From assembly GCF_009914755.1 (NCBI RefSeq), contig NC_060934.1: 64,000 nucleotides of DNA. One strand, given 5' to 3'. The DNA is from the human T2T-CHM13v2.0 reference genome, Homo sapiens. The translations under genes were made by a program, and so were the position numbers. Shown here in pieces: positions 45,261 through 57,099 of this stretch (the first letter of the stretch is position 1; every line of letters begins with the position of its first letter). The notes under the pieces were generated by a model. That model saw nothing but the letters and a program-made list of their open reading frames with translations. It had not been told where the DNA came from and ran no database searches.

Positions 45261-47873
45261 CTTCATACAACACTGAAGAGTGAAATGGCTAGGTATGCAG
45301 GGGCCATGGCAGGAGAGGACTTACCTACAGAGGGAAAGCATGTGCAAAGATAGTGGGCGCTGGGGGTGGGGAGTGGCATCCAGGGGTGGGGTTAGTTCTG
45401 CTGGGCTGGAAGGTTCAGATGCAGGAGTGTAGCTCTCACAGTGCCCTGTTCCTCCCCCAGAGAAGCTGCCATCTTCAATAAGCACGTGGCTTAGGAAAGG
45501 ATGCATCAGGCTTCCATCCAGGCCATCCGGGAGGGCAAACCTCGCTGCCAGGTCACCTCCTTAGCTTTTGTGTGACATATATTTTGAATGGCTTCAGTGT
45601 CCTCTCACTCTAGATTAACTCTTAGTTGGGTATGTAGGGGAAGCATGATAATTCTCTGACTATGAGGGGGTTATATAATTGGATCATAATGCTCTGGGGC
45701 ATCAGGGGGATCCTAGTACCTTCCCAGGCCGGGCTTCCCTGCTAGGGATTTTAGCCCTGGGCACACGGCAGGCATCAAAGCGGAAGACAATGCAGAGAGT
45801 GAAAGGTTGGCAGCTGCTGTTAGGATTTTGGCTGCTTAAGGTAACCAGAATCACTGGGTTTTGACTGTCACAGATCTTTGGGGTCACATATGGTTACAGA
45901 ATTTCCCCCATTTTAGAGGAATGTGAAATGCTGCTCTAAGTAGCTAAATACTGTTTAAAAAACTGAAAACCAAATGGTGACAATAATTTTAATTACTGAC
46001 CTCTGAAATTTCAAGCTCATTTATACTCAATCTCAATTTGTTTTTAATAGATTATTTATTAAATGTACTTTCAAATTAAATACACAGAAATATAAGCTCG
46101 TTAGAGCATGAGCTTAGAACAAACTAGTATCAAATTAATTTCCAGTTCAACAACTCAGTTGAAGTATTGCTTATGAGGGAGGAGGGGGATGGATTTCAGC
46201 TCTCATAAACTGTTGCTTAAAGTAAACAATCTCACTTCTCTCAGTCATTAGTAGAGTTAACAACTGATTTCCAGCTTTAACACCACTTTTGTATCACCTT
46301 CAGACAGTTGACTAACAAGTCCGTTGTTCATTCCTGACAGTGATTAACTTCTTAGATTACTGACCATAATTATGAGAACTCCAAATTCTAGATTTTCCAA
46401 GGCAATGACAATTTCGTGAAATTTAATTTTTTTCAATATGTCTCATTAAATGTTTAAACAAATGTGATTGAGTTTTTATAACATAAGTCAATACACAGAT
46501 AATTTCGCAACTCAGCAAGACATGGTTGTCACACCATGCATCACGTGGTTGGTTGGGAAATTTGATTATGGGGAGTGGAGGAGATGCAGTCTTCAACCCC
46601 TGGGGGTGGGGGGTGACCCTCTTAGCCAGTGACAAAGGCAGAGAGAGAGGAGCACAGGCTACATCACCGCTAGTGGCCAGCAGTGGCCAGTCAAGACAAT
46701 CTCCAGGTGAGCCTGTGCCCTGCCCAAGGGTGCACCTCTGCACGCACTGATGCTAAGAGGCAGGCACCAACTAGGCCTTGTGGGTTCACAAACACTTGGT
46801 TTTTGGGTCTGAATATCCACACCAGAAAGAGACCCAGCAGGGAGCCATCATGCCTAAGAGGGGCTTGCACCCCAGGGCCCCCTGACCTGTTGATCACTGC
46901 ATGGCCCTTACCAGCCAGCCAGCTGTGGCCACAGCCCTCTGCAGACCTTCCAACACTGCATTCCTGTTCCTCTCTCTGATTGCCTCAAGGGCGCTAAACT
47001 GTATAGCCTCTTTCTTTTCCTCACCCTTATGTCTCTAAAGACATTGCCGAACAAGACATGGTCCCACTAGGCCAGGCCGTCTTTGCCTAGTTCTGCTGAT
47101 CCAAGACATTCTATTTCTACCAACAAAACACAACACAGAAAAAGAGCCCCAAACATGCATAACCACAAAATTACATCTTTTCCTTTTCAAAAACCTCTAA
47201 CCATGTATTTTATATACTTATTACTTAACCTAATGCATTTTCCCACTCCAGTAGAACAACTTTTCCTTCTGTTTAATACTATCAATCAAATATAATGGTG
47301 GGTAAGAGGAAGATGGAATAAGAACTCTTGAACTTGAAAATTGGTAGCCCTCAACTCTACGCCATGTGGGAAGTAAAATCAAACGTCTGTTACCCAACTC
47401 TCAGTGGACTACAAGGAAAGGCATTTTATATGCTTAAGTGGTAACAAAGATGGCTTGACCTTGTGATTAGAAAGGAATGCTACCAGACAAAGTCTGTTAG
47501 GGAGTATACCAAATGAAAATTATTCTGAATGCCTTCTTTAGGGGAAATTTGTAGGGTCTTCCCAGACTCCTTGCCCTATGCAATGAGCCAAACTATCTTG
47601 ATTAAGTGCTTGAATCACACAATATTCTAGCCAGAAGGAAGCTTTGGGCCATCTAAGGCCAACCTTTTTCTTTTAGCCAGCCCCTTCCCTGAATAGATGG
47701 GGAAACCAAGACCTAAATAACCATCAAAGGTCACAGAGCTGGTTAACGGTAGGGCAGGAACTAAAATCCAGGCCTCTCAACTCTAGGCCAGACACTTCCC
47801 TCCATACCTGGCTGTCAGAAACATGCATTTCTCTCAGAAACATGAGTTTCTCTCTCTTTTAGAAAAGAAAAGC

Positions 47874-48387
47874 TGCCGAGACCAGCTCGGTCAGGGAGAC
47901 CCTAATCCAGCGGCACTAGAGGAATTAAAGACACACACACAGAAATACAGAGGAGTGGAGTGGGAAATCAGGGGTCTCACAGCCTTCAGAGCTGAGAGCC
48001 CTGAACAGAGATTTACCCACGTATTTACTGACAGCAAGCCAGTGATAAGCATTGTTTCTATAGATTGTAGATTAACTAAAAGTATTCCTTATGGGAAATG
48101 AATGGATGGGTTGAAATAAAGGGATGGGTTGGGTTACTTATCTGCAGCAGGAGCATGTCCTTAAGGCACAGATCATGCATGCTATTGTTTGTGGTTTAAG
48201 AACACCTTTAAGCAGTTTTCCGCCCTGGGTGGGCCAGGTGTTCCTTGCTCCATTCTGGTAAACCCACAACCTTCCAGCGTGGGTGTCATGGCCATCACGA
48301 ACATGTCACAGTGCTGCAGAGATTTTGTTTATGGCCAGTTTTGGGGCCAGTTTATGGCCAGATTTGGCGGGGGGCCTGTTCCCAACA
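47874..48387 (-). mobile_element. MER9 (HERV-K HML-3) solo LTR, sense to ADAM12
   Basis: 514 bp; minus strand tgttgggaacaggccc...ccaaactggccataaac...ccgagctggtctcggca; perfect 6-bp TSD aaaagc. Confidence 0.9.
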
Positions 48388-48539
48388 AAAAGCTATCACC
48401 TAAAATCCATACATGGGCGGAATGCTTTTCCTGGGTACCGCAGAGCCTCATTACAGTGTCACTCATGGCATCATAAGAAGGTGAAGTCATTTCCAAACTC
48501 AGAGAAAAGCCCATAAATAGGAGGGGTCCAAAGGTGGGT

Positions 48540-49520
48540 GAGCGTACATGTGTATGGGTGTATGTGTGTCTATAGGTGTGTATGTGTGTGTATGTGGGCA
48601 CGTGCGTATATTTGTGTGTGTGCATGTGCATGGGTATGTATATGGGGTGCATGGGTGTGCATGTGTATATATGCATGTGTGTATATCAGTGTGCATGTGT
48701 ATATATGCATGTGTGTATATTGGTGTGCATGTGTATATATGCATTTGTATATATATGTATGTGTGTATATGGTGTGCACATGTGCATATGTGTGCATGTG
48801 TGTATATGTACGTGTGTATATGGTGTGCATGTGTGCATATGCATGTGTATATCAGTGTGCATGTGTATATATGCACGTGTATATATATGTATGTGTGTAT
48901 ATGGTATCTGTGTATATGTATGTGTGTATATGGTGTGCATGTGTGTGTCTGTGTGGATGTGGGTGTGCATGTGTGTATATGTATGTGTGTATATGGGTAT
49001 GCATGTGTGTGTGTGCATGTGGGTGTGCATGTGTGTATATGGTGTGCACAGGTGTATATGTGTGCATGTGTGTATATATACATGTGTATATGCTGTGCGT
49101 GTGTGTATATGTTTGTATATGGTGTGCAGATGTGTGAATGTGTGTATATGTATGTGTGTATATGGTGTGCATGTGTGTGTATATGTATGTGTGTATATGG
49201 TGTGCATATATGTATATGTGTGGATGTGGGTGTGCATGTGTGTATATGTACATGTGTATGGGTATGCACGCATGTATATGTGGGCACATGTGTATATTTG
49301 TGTGTGTATATGTGCATGTATCTGTATGTATATGGGGGTGCGTGGGTGTGTGTATACACGTATGTGTGTATATGGTGTGCATATGTGTATATGTATGTGC
49401 ATATATGGGTGTGCATGTGTGTATATGTGTGTGTGTGGGTATGCATGTGTATATGCATTGTGTGTATATGGGTGTGTATGTGTCTGTGTTTCTGGGTGTG
49501 TGTATGTACATGCATGTCTG
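48540..49520. repeat. About 1-kb (GT/AT/GC) alternating purine-pyrimidine tract
   Basis: Degenerate gtgtgtatatggtgtgcat units throughout. Confidence 0.95.
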
Positions 49521-51179
49521 TTGCCAGCCTGCATTTCAGCATGACTGCAGTCAGGTCCTTGTTCCCTTGCACGCAAGCCCCAACATACTACATGTTTGCT
49601 TGAGACTAAAACAAGGTGACAATGCATCTGAGCAAAGAAAAAGTGACTTTGCAGCTCTGTGTGTTTCTATAACTGGGCTACATTACACTTAGTCCTGAGA
49701 GTGTGCAGGGCAGGATTGTGAAGAAATAAGTCACCACACCCATCCTCCGAGCATCTCTGCTCCCATGTCCATAACAAGAACCATGTCTGGTTAAAAGACT
49801 ATAAAGAACTAACCTCAGGGACCACTGAAATCATTTTGCTATGCTAGAATTCTGCAGAGAGAACAAACGCTTACAAAATCATGTTCATAGTCTTTGAGAC
49901 CTCCAGGCAAACTGGGCCTGGGAACAGCACGTCTGCAATAGTGAGATCACTAGATCCATCCAGAATTGGAAATCTTCGGGTTGAGTCTCTCAGTTTTTAA
50001 TCTGTATAATGGGACGGGCACTTAGTTGTCCAGAGTTTTGTGGATCAAATAAACATGACATGGGGACGCAATTCATAAAATGTAAGGCATTGTTACAAAT
50101 CTGGAATACGAACATAAATATTTTAAACCCACTCTGCTGTAAGCTCTATTTTCCACTTGCTATTTTCTTCCACACTGACCCATTGCTCAGTGTATTTTTG
50201 TTGAACGAATGAATGAATGGATGTGCATGAGAGAAACTGACCCATTAGAGAGAAGGGAGGGTTATTTGCTTATACCCTGTCACTTGGCTCTAACTCCTAA
50301 CTGCAAATTTTCTTGGATATTGTGTGAAAATGCACATGGGGGGGTTAGCAGGGGCAGGGGTCAGAAGACCTATAGGGCCATTTGCAATTTGATGGAGACA
50401 CACAGGCCTGAACAACTCAGTTATCAGCCGCATCCCAGCTTCTCATCTGTTCTCAGAATCTACAAGGGATTTCAGAAGGAACATATGGTACAGCGTGGGG
50501 AAGAACTGCTGTGAAATGATCACTGGCACAGCAGTGGCCATGGCTGGCTCACTTCCCCAAAGCCCCGACTGAGTGCCAGGCTCGGTGTCTGTTTCGTCGT
50601 CACATCCCACAGCTGGTTAAGTGCTCGAGCTGGGATTCGAACCTGGGTAGCTGGACTCTGGCTTGTGATCCTAACCTTGACGTATCCTGTCTCCAGACAG
50701 AAGGTCTATCTTACAGCCTGCCCTTTCCTGACAATTTTATGGAAGAAAAGTCACCAAAACAGTGAGTTCCTCTGGGAACGTGGGTTTGCCCCTTGCATTG
50801 TTTGGCTCCCAAAGCATCTCTGTTATGGGCACATTACGTCATATGTTGTTAGAATGTATGTTCCCTGAGGACAGGGGCTGCATCCTCCCTTCTGCAGACT
50901 TGCCACAGAGTATGGGATGTTTACTGGTCTGAGTTCAGTTGGGCCTTGGAGTGATGCACTTAGTGAATCCCCAGAGGCCTGTTCTGGCCTCTCCTCTCCT
51001 CATATTCCAGGACTTTGGTTCAGCTGCTCTCCCCCAAGAGCATTCTCTAGGTGTCTCCCATTGTAAATGAATGCTACCCGCTTCCCCAATCCACTCCATT
51101 TATAGACTAATTCCATTACAACAAACACCATAGCCAGAAACGTATAACCGACACTCAGTGTTTTGTTCCAAGTGAACTG

Positions 51180-51520
51180 GAGGCAGTGTAGCACAGCGTA
51201 TAGGAGCTGAGACTCTCCTGTCCAAGAGCTAGCCAGGCCTGATCCTGCTTAGCTTCCAAGATCAGATGAGATCAGGCTCATTCTGGGTAGGGTAGCCTTA
51301 GACTAGGAGCTCAGATTCTAGAGTCAGACTATCTGGGTTTGAATCCTTATTAACTGTGGGTGTGGCCGAGTTATTTAGCCCCTCAATGTCTCAGTATTCT
51401 CATCTGGGTATAAAGATAGCAAGAACTGATTTTTGGTGAAGATCAAACAACAGAATATATGAAAAGTTCTGTGCACAGTGTCTTGCCTGTTGTTGATATT
51501 TACTCAATGTTAGCTACCAC
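51180..51520 (+). mobile_element. MIR hosting the 5S retrocopy
   Basis: gaggcagtgtagcacagc...[5S]...tctagagtcagactatctgggtttgaatcc...tctcagtattctcatctg. Confidence 0.7.
51214..51303 (-). pseudogene. 5S rRNA retropseudogene (about nt 1-90 of 5S, 3'-truncated, no polyA tail)
   Basis: Reverse complement gtctaaggctaccctacccagaatgagcctgatctcatctgatcttggaagctaagcaggatcaggcctggctagctcttggacaggaga aligns to 5S GTCTACGGCCATACC...GGAAGCTAAGCAGGGTCGGGCCTGGTTAGTACTTGGATGGGAGA; TSD taggagctgagactct / taggagctcagattct. Confidence 0.93.
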
Positions 51521-52116
51521 ATTGGACACTATCAGTAAACATTTGTTGAATTAGTGCATGAATGAATGACTGAATAAACATAGGCATGTGTGAAAAGGTA
51601 GGGCCGTCACCACTGTGGAGGGTGATACTGGTCTAAGAAATTTGAATTTGACTGAGGAGGCATTGGGGGAAGCTGCTGATGATTTGGGAGGATCAAAATG
51701 TAAATGCAATCTTGTGATACAAATAGAAAGATGTTTTAGAAGGATCATTCAGGCAGGTGCGGGGTCTGGATTAAAGCTAGGTTATACTGGTAGTTGGGAG
51801 AAAAAGACAGGTGGCTAAAACATCTTCCAGCTGTGAGGAAGGGAGGGCCTGAGCTGGTGCAGCCATGTGATGGTGGACAGGAAAGGGTGTGGAATGTGCT
51901 GTGGAGGTAGGAGTCACCACGGGACTTGGGTGAAGACCCAAGGGAGAGAAGGCACTGGTGTTGAGTGCCTCGGCCAGTGGGACAGCAAAGCAGCCTGTGA
52001 GGGAGAGGCAGGCAGGGAGAGCCGGTGAGTTAGGTATGTGTGGAGTACAGCAACAGCAGGGAAATTCAATCCATTCTCAATGATGTTTTAAGAAGAATAT
52101 GATGATGAGCCTGGCT

Positions 52117-52565
52117 TGTGGAGTCCTAGTTAGGGAGGAGGAGTCAGGCTAGCAGGATTGGGGGAAAGCAAAATGAAGAAGCAGATAAGCTACAAGTCTG
52201 CCTTTTTCATGGTCCAGGACACATATCCCTCCCGTGCACATGACTCACAATCTTCCTGTGCCCAGCTATCACCAGACCCCCAGCTGACAGAAAATTGCAA
52301 TTTAGTTCACTGCAACCTTGGCATTATCAATATTGCACAAAGCTTTCTTCAGCACACCGGTGGCACAAGCACCATCCTATAACATCTCCAGCAAGCCTTT
52401 GTCTCCTTGCAGTCAGCTCCTCTCTTGCTGGCCTGCCCATTGCTCCTTTGTAATGTATTTTCCTATGATCTCTAGTAAATCTCCCTTTCTTTACCTACAA
52501 CTGTCTTGGTAAATTCTTCTTACCCCCACGCCTCTGGCCCAGATAGTCACTGCGCACCTGCAACA
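52117..52565 (+). mobile_element. ERV1 solo LTR (MER84/LTR23-like)
   Basis: tgtggagtcctagttagggaggaggagtcaggct...agcagataagctacaagtctgcc...ttggtaaattcttcttaccccc...caaca. Confidence 0.75.
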
Positions 52566-55156
52566 CTGCTTACACTTGATACACTTATGAGATGTGCGTG
52601 ATCTCTGACTTTCCCCTTCCTTCCAGAATTATCTTTTCATCTCGATTAGATGCTTTCTAACTGTAATGAACTGTGGTTAACTCCTGATAGTCATCCGCCC
52701 TGACGTGTTTAGTCCAAGCTGGTTGTAGAAGATACTATCCCTTTCTGACAATCAGTAGTTGCCATGGAAATGAATGGGATGTCACCCAAACAACACTTTT
52801 GGCCAAAATATTAGATTCTATCCTTACCTGATGGTCCAGCCTCAGTTCATCTCAGCTGGTCTCCTTTGAAACTATCAAAGCAAATGCTCTCTATTTTTTC
52901 CAGTGAGAAACATATACCACGAATGAAACATTTTTGGGTCCTGATCATGTCTAAGGGGAGACATGTTTCCTTCCTTTCATTCCGTGCACCTGGCCTCTGC
53001 TGCTATCTCCTCTCACCTGGGCTTCAGGCTGTTCCACAAGAGGCCCCTGCCTGACCCTGACAGAGCAGGGGACCCTCCCTCTCCCCTCCTGTTCCCTCTG
53101 ACTACGACTTCATGCTGGAGCCAGCGGGTGCTTTTCAAAGCCCAAACATAGTCATGACACGCCTTGGGGAAGGCCTTTATTGACCTCCTAATGTTCCCCT
53201 ATCACAACCAAGGCTATCAACATGGTCCTCAGGTCCTATACGCTATGACTTTCATCAGCTCCTAAACACTTCCTTCCTCTCCCCCGCCACCCCAAGTAAA
53301 ACTCAGCATCAGCCTGGAACGTTTCTCCTCCTGTCCCCTGGTTCATGCCTCCTCAGCCTCCAGCTGTTGGTTCAAATGTTCCTTTCCCCATAAAGCCTTC
53401 CATGATCCCTCAGACCAGATTAGGGCCCCGTGGCCTTTCCTTTGGTGCACTTAGCCCAGATGTTAATTATGTTTGTGCTTACCAGGATAAGGGCAGTCTT
53501 CTTCCTCTAGCCTCCCCTCACCCATGGGCTCCCTTGTCTGTTTTTAATCCCTGCTGTATTCTCAGCATAAGGGGGCATGTGAACAGGTCATGGTACCTGC
53601 GTAGTGCAGGTTCTTGGTTGACAAGATGCATGTAACAGACGAATGTATTCCCTCCAAAGCACTGACAGCATCTAGCCTTTTTGGGGACCTCTGCCAGCCT
53701 TTCAGAGCTGTCTTTTGGCATGTAAACAGCAGAAATGTCACACGGATAGTCTCCCGCAGGCCTTATTAAAAGTAACAATATAAAACATAATCTCCCCTTA
53801 GATGTGGGCAGCAAAGGATAAAGCCACAAATATTTCATCCTGTCAGGACAGTCGAGAGAAAAGATGTGATTAACTCCAAAATTAAAATCAGCCACTCTTC
53901 TGAGTCAACCAGCTTATACCAATTGTTGAGATATTTAAAGAAAAAAATAGCACTATACACTATAGCCAACAAAAAGTGGTTCTTATTTTATGCATAACTT
54001 TAAATTTAGGAAAATTCCCTGTGTGCTGACTTGAGCAGAAGAGGAGATGAGTCAGCAAATTTCTTTTTGTTTTCCAGCCTGATTCAATAAAAACAAAACC
54101 CTAAAAGCTGCATCTGGGTCCTCACCACGAAAAACAATGCAAAGCCTCGGACTCTCCTTAAGGGGCTCCTGCTGGAAGGACCAGCTGTTCTGGGCTGTGG
54201 GTTTTAATTAGTGAACAACATTGTTCACTCCCTGTCTTTACTGTAACAAGGCTGACTGCTTGGAAAGGCATTCAAAGGAATGGGGGAAGGGAACTGCTGG
54301 GTTAAAAGAAAAGTCACCATTTTTCTAATTATAAAAGCAACATGTGCTTGATGCTTCTGGAGATTTGGGGGTGCCAATTAATCTAGCTTTCAGTTGCTTC
54401 CCCAGTGGAGATGATCCACAGAGTCAGATGAAGATCAAAATACAGCATCAGCTTAATGACTGCCAAAAAAGAGGCTTCTGGTATATTCTGGAGAGGATAC
54501 TAGTTTAGGCCTAGACAGTAGAGAGGCTTCCTGCAATTTCCAACTTCCATCCTCCCCATGCCCCGACCTCTTTCCCCTTCTTCCCAGCCAAAGCCTCAGG
54601 ACCCATTGTGGGGAAGGTAGAAATGAGGAACACTGCTGCCTAGAGGACTCCATGGAGGGAGGGAGGGGCAAGTCTCACCCACTACTGACCTCAAGGGCTG
54701 CCCAACACAGGGGCTGCAGCCACTCCCCAGTTAGCAGGGACCAGGGATTTTCAGGGCCTGTCTCCTCCCACCCTCTTCCCTGTAAAGAGACAGTTCCATG
54801 GGGAGGACCGGGGGAAGACGAGGGGAATGGAGCAGACATTCACCCTTTCACACAGTAACCACATGGAAAAGGAGGAGAGGAAAAATGTGAGCTCCTGCTC
54901 CTGTGCACATGTGAATCAGAGAACCCAGAAAAGCACAGAGTCCCGCACCACATGGAGACAAACACTATCAACGCCCTGGAGCCCTTCCATCCGGGCTGTT
55001 TACTAAGATGCCTGGATATGTAGACTTCAGCTTTTGCAATCCAAGTCCCAAACAGACCTGGCAGTTGTTGAACCCCTGTTTCTCTAGTCCTCTATTTCTT
55101 CGTCTTCTTGCTTATTGCATTTTTCCTCCCAAGTGAGAAAAAAGGGGGAAAAGTAC

Positions 55157-55711
55157 TGTGATAGTAAATATTGAGTGTCAACTTGATTGGATTGAAGGAT
55201 GCAAAGTATTATTCCTGGGTGTGTCTGTGAGGGTGTTGCCAAAGGAGATTAACATTTGAGTCAGTGGACTGGGAGAGGCCCACCCGTCCTCAATCTGGGT
55301 GGGCACCATCTAATCAGCTGCCAGCGTGGCTAGAATAAAGCAGGCAGAGGAATGTGGAAAGACTAGACTGGCTGAGTTTTCTGGCCTTTACCTTTCTCCC
55401 GTGCTGAATGTTTCCTGCCCTTGAACATCGGACTTCAAGTTCTTCAGCTTTTGGACTCTTGGACCTACACCAATGGTTTGCCAGGGGTTCTCGGGCCTTC
55501 AGCCACAGACTGAAGGCTGCACCATCGGCTTCCCTACTTTTGAGGTTTTGGGACTTGGATTGGCTTCCTTGCTCCTCAACTTGCAGATGGCCTATTGTGA
55601 GGCCTTACCTTGTGATCGTGTGAGTCTGTACTCCTTAACAAACTCCCCTTCATATATACATCTGTCCTATTAGTTCTGTCCTTCAAGAGAACCCTGACTA
55701 ATACTAATACA
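55157..55711 (+). mobile_element. ERVL solo LTR (MLT2A/B-like)
   Basis: tgtgatagtaaatattgagtgtcaacttgattggattgaaggatgcaaagtatt...ctattagttctgtcc...gagaaccctgactaatac. Confidence 0.88.
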
Positions 55712-57099
55712 GATGCCTAAGAAAAAGAAAACTAGTAAGGGAGATTGTAACAGAATGCACAAAACTATTCAAATAACTTTGAATGCATATTTTACACATT
55801 CTAGAGATGTCTATATTAGACAAGCACTGTTCACCATCATAGATCGTGGACATTTGGAAGACCGGAGCCTATTGTTGTGGTATTTCTAAGATCTCTCTTT
55901 TCTGTTTCTTTCTGAAATAACTATTTACACTGTGGAGATAGCCTCAGTGCTGAGTCTGAAAACATATTTTAAATGAGATCTTAGGGAGGTAAAAGAGGAC
56001 ATAAACGTCAAATGTGAACTCATGGCCCTGCCCATCACTTATTTATGACGTTGATCCACAGATCTTTACTTTAGGACTCCATCTTTCTCTGTACTCTAGG
56101 TTCTTATATATCCATCTGCCTACAGAAGACCTTTACTTGGCTGTCCTATGACAAACTCAACACAGACAAACCAAGACTCATCTCCTCTGCCTTCCAACCA
56201 ACAACTGCTCCTTAATGGTACCACTGAGAAACAAATTGCCCATCCAATGGCCTAAGTGGAAGGGAAAGTCCCACTGATGACACCTCCCCCACCCTCTATC
56301 CCCTGATCCTGTCTCCTTTGACTTCCCAAGGACTCTTGACTCTGGCCAATTGCTGACCATTCCAAGGCCCAGTTCTGTAGGCAAAATTTTCACTAACTAC
56401 AATGGGCCCATAAGAAATCTTCCTGTCTTCTGTCTACCAATATTCCTACCAATCTTTCTTCCATTCTGTCATCAGAGACCCTTTCTAAATCACAGAACTG
56501 AACAGGCCATTCTGCTGCATGAGAACTTCCTATGACTCCCAAATTTCAATAGGTAAAGTTGAAACTCTTTAGTATGGAAAGGTTTCATCCCCATCTTGGT
56601 CTTCTTCTTTGCCCACTTTTAAAGACCCAGATTAATGTTACTTCCTTAGTGAAATGGCGTCCAAAGAATTAAAATCAGCCACAATTAAAATACCACAGTG
56701 GTATTTTGTACACATCTCCTATTATAGTAATTACATTAAAACATGTTTTTTAAATGTCTTTAAAATGCTCTGTGCCTCTTAAGCAGAATTTATATGCTGA
56801 GGAATATATTTTAGTCAGCCTATCTCCCCATAGCCTAACAGTGTCTGCAAACAGGAGGTGCTAAATAAATGTTTGCTGAGTGAATAGATGAAGAAATGAA
56901 TTTTACATGGCATCACCTAAGACAATGCAATGCTAGATGGATAATTTTATTAAAAATCTATTATATGCAAGATGCTATGTGAGGCTCTATGGGGTTAGGA
57001 AAGGGATAGATAGCATTCTCCACTCACAAAAGCTATTAAAATCACTATAAGAAACAGTATAGGTTATCACAGAAGAAATACTATCAGTTATAATACTTT

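Noticed and set aside
48499-49692. Longest ORFs in the window (199-357 aa, His/Thr- or Cys/Val-rich, both strands)
   Set aside because: Translations of a dinucleotide-like repeat that rarely forms stop codons; no splice or coding signature
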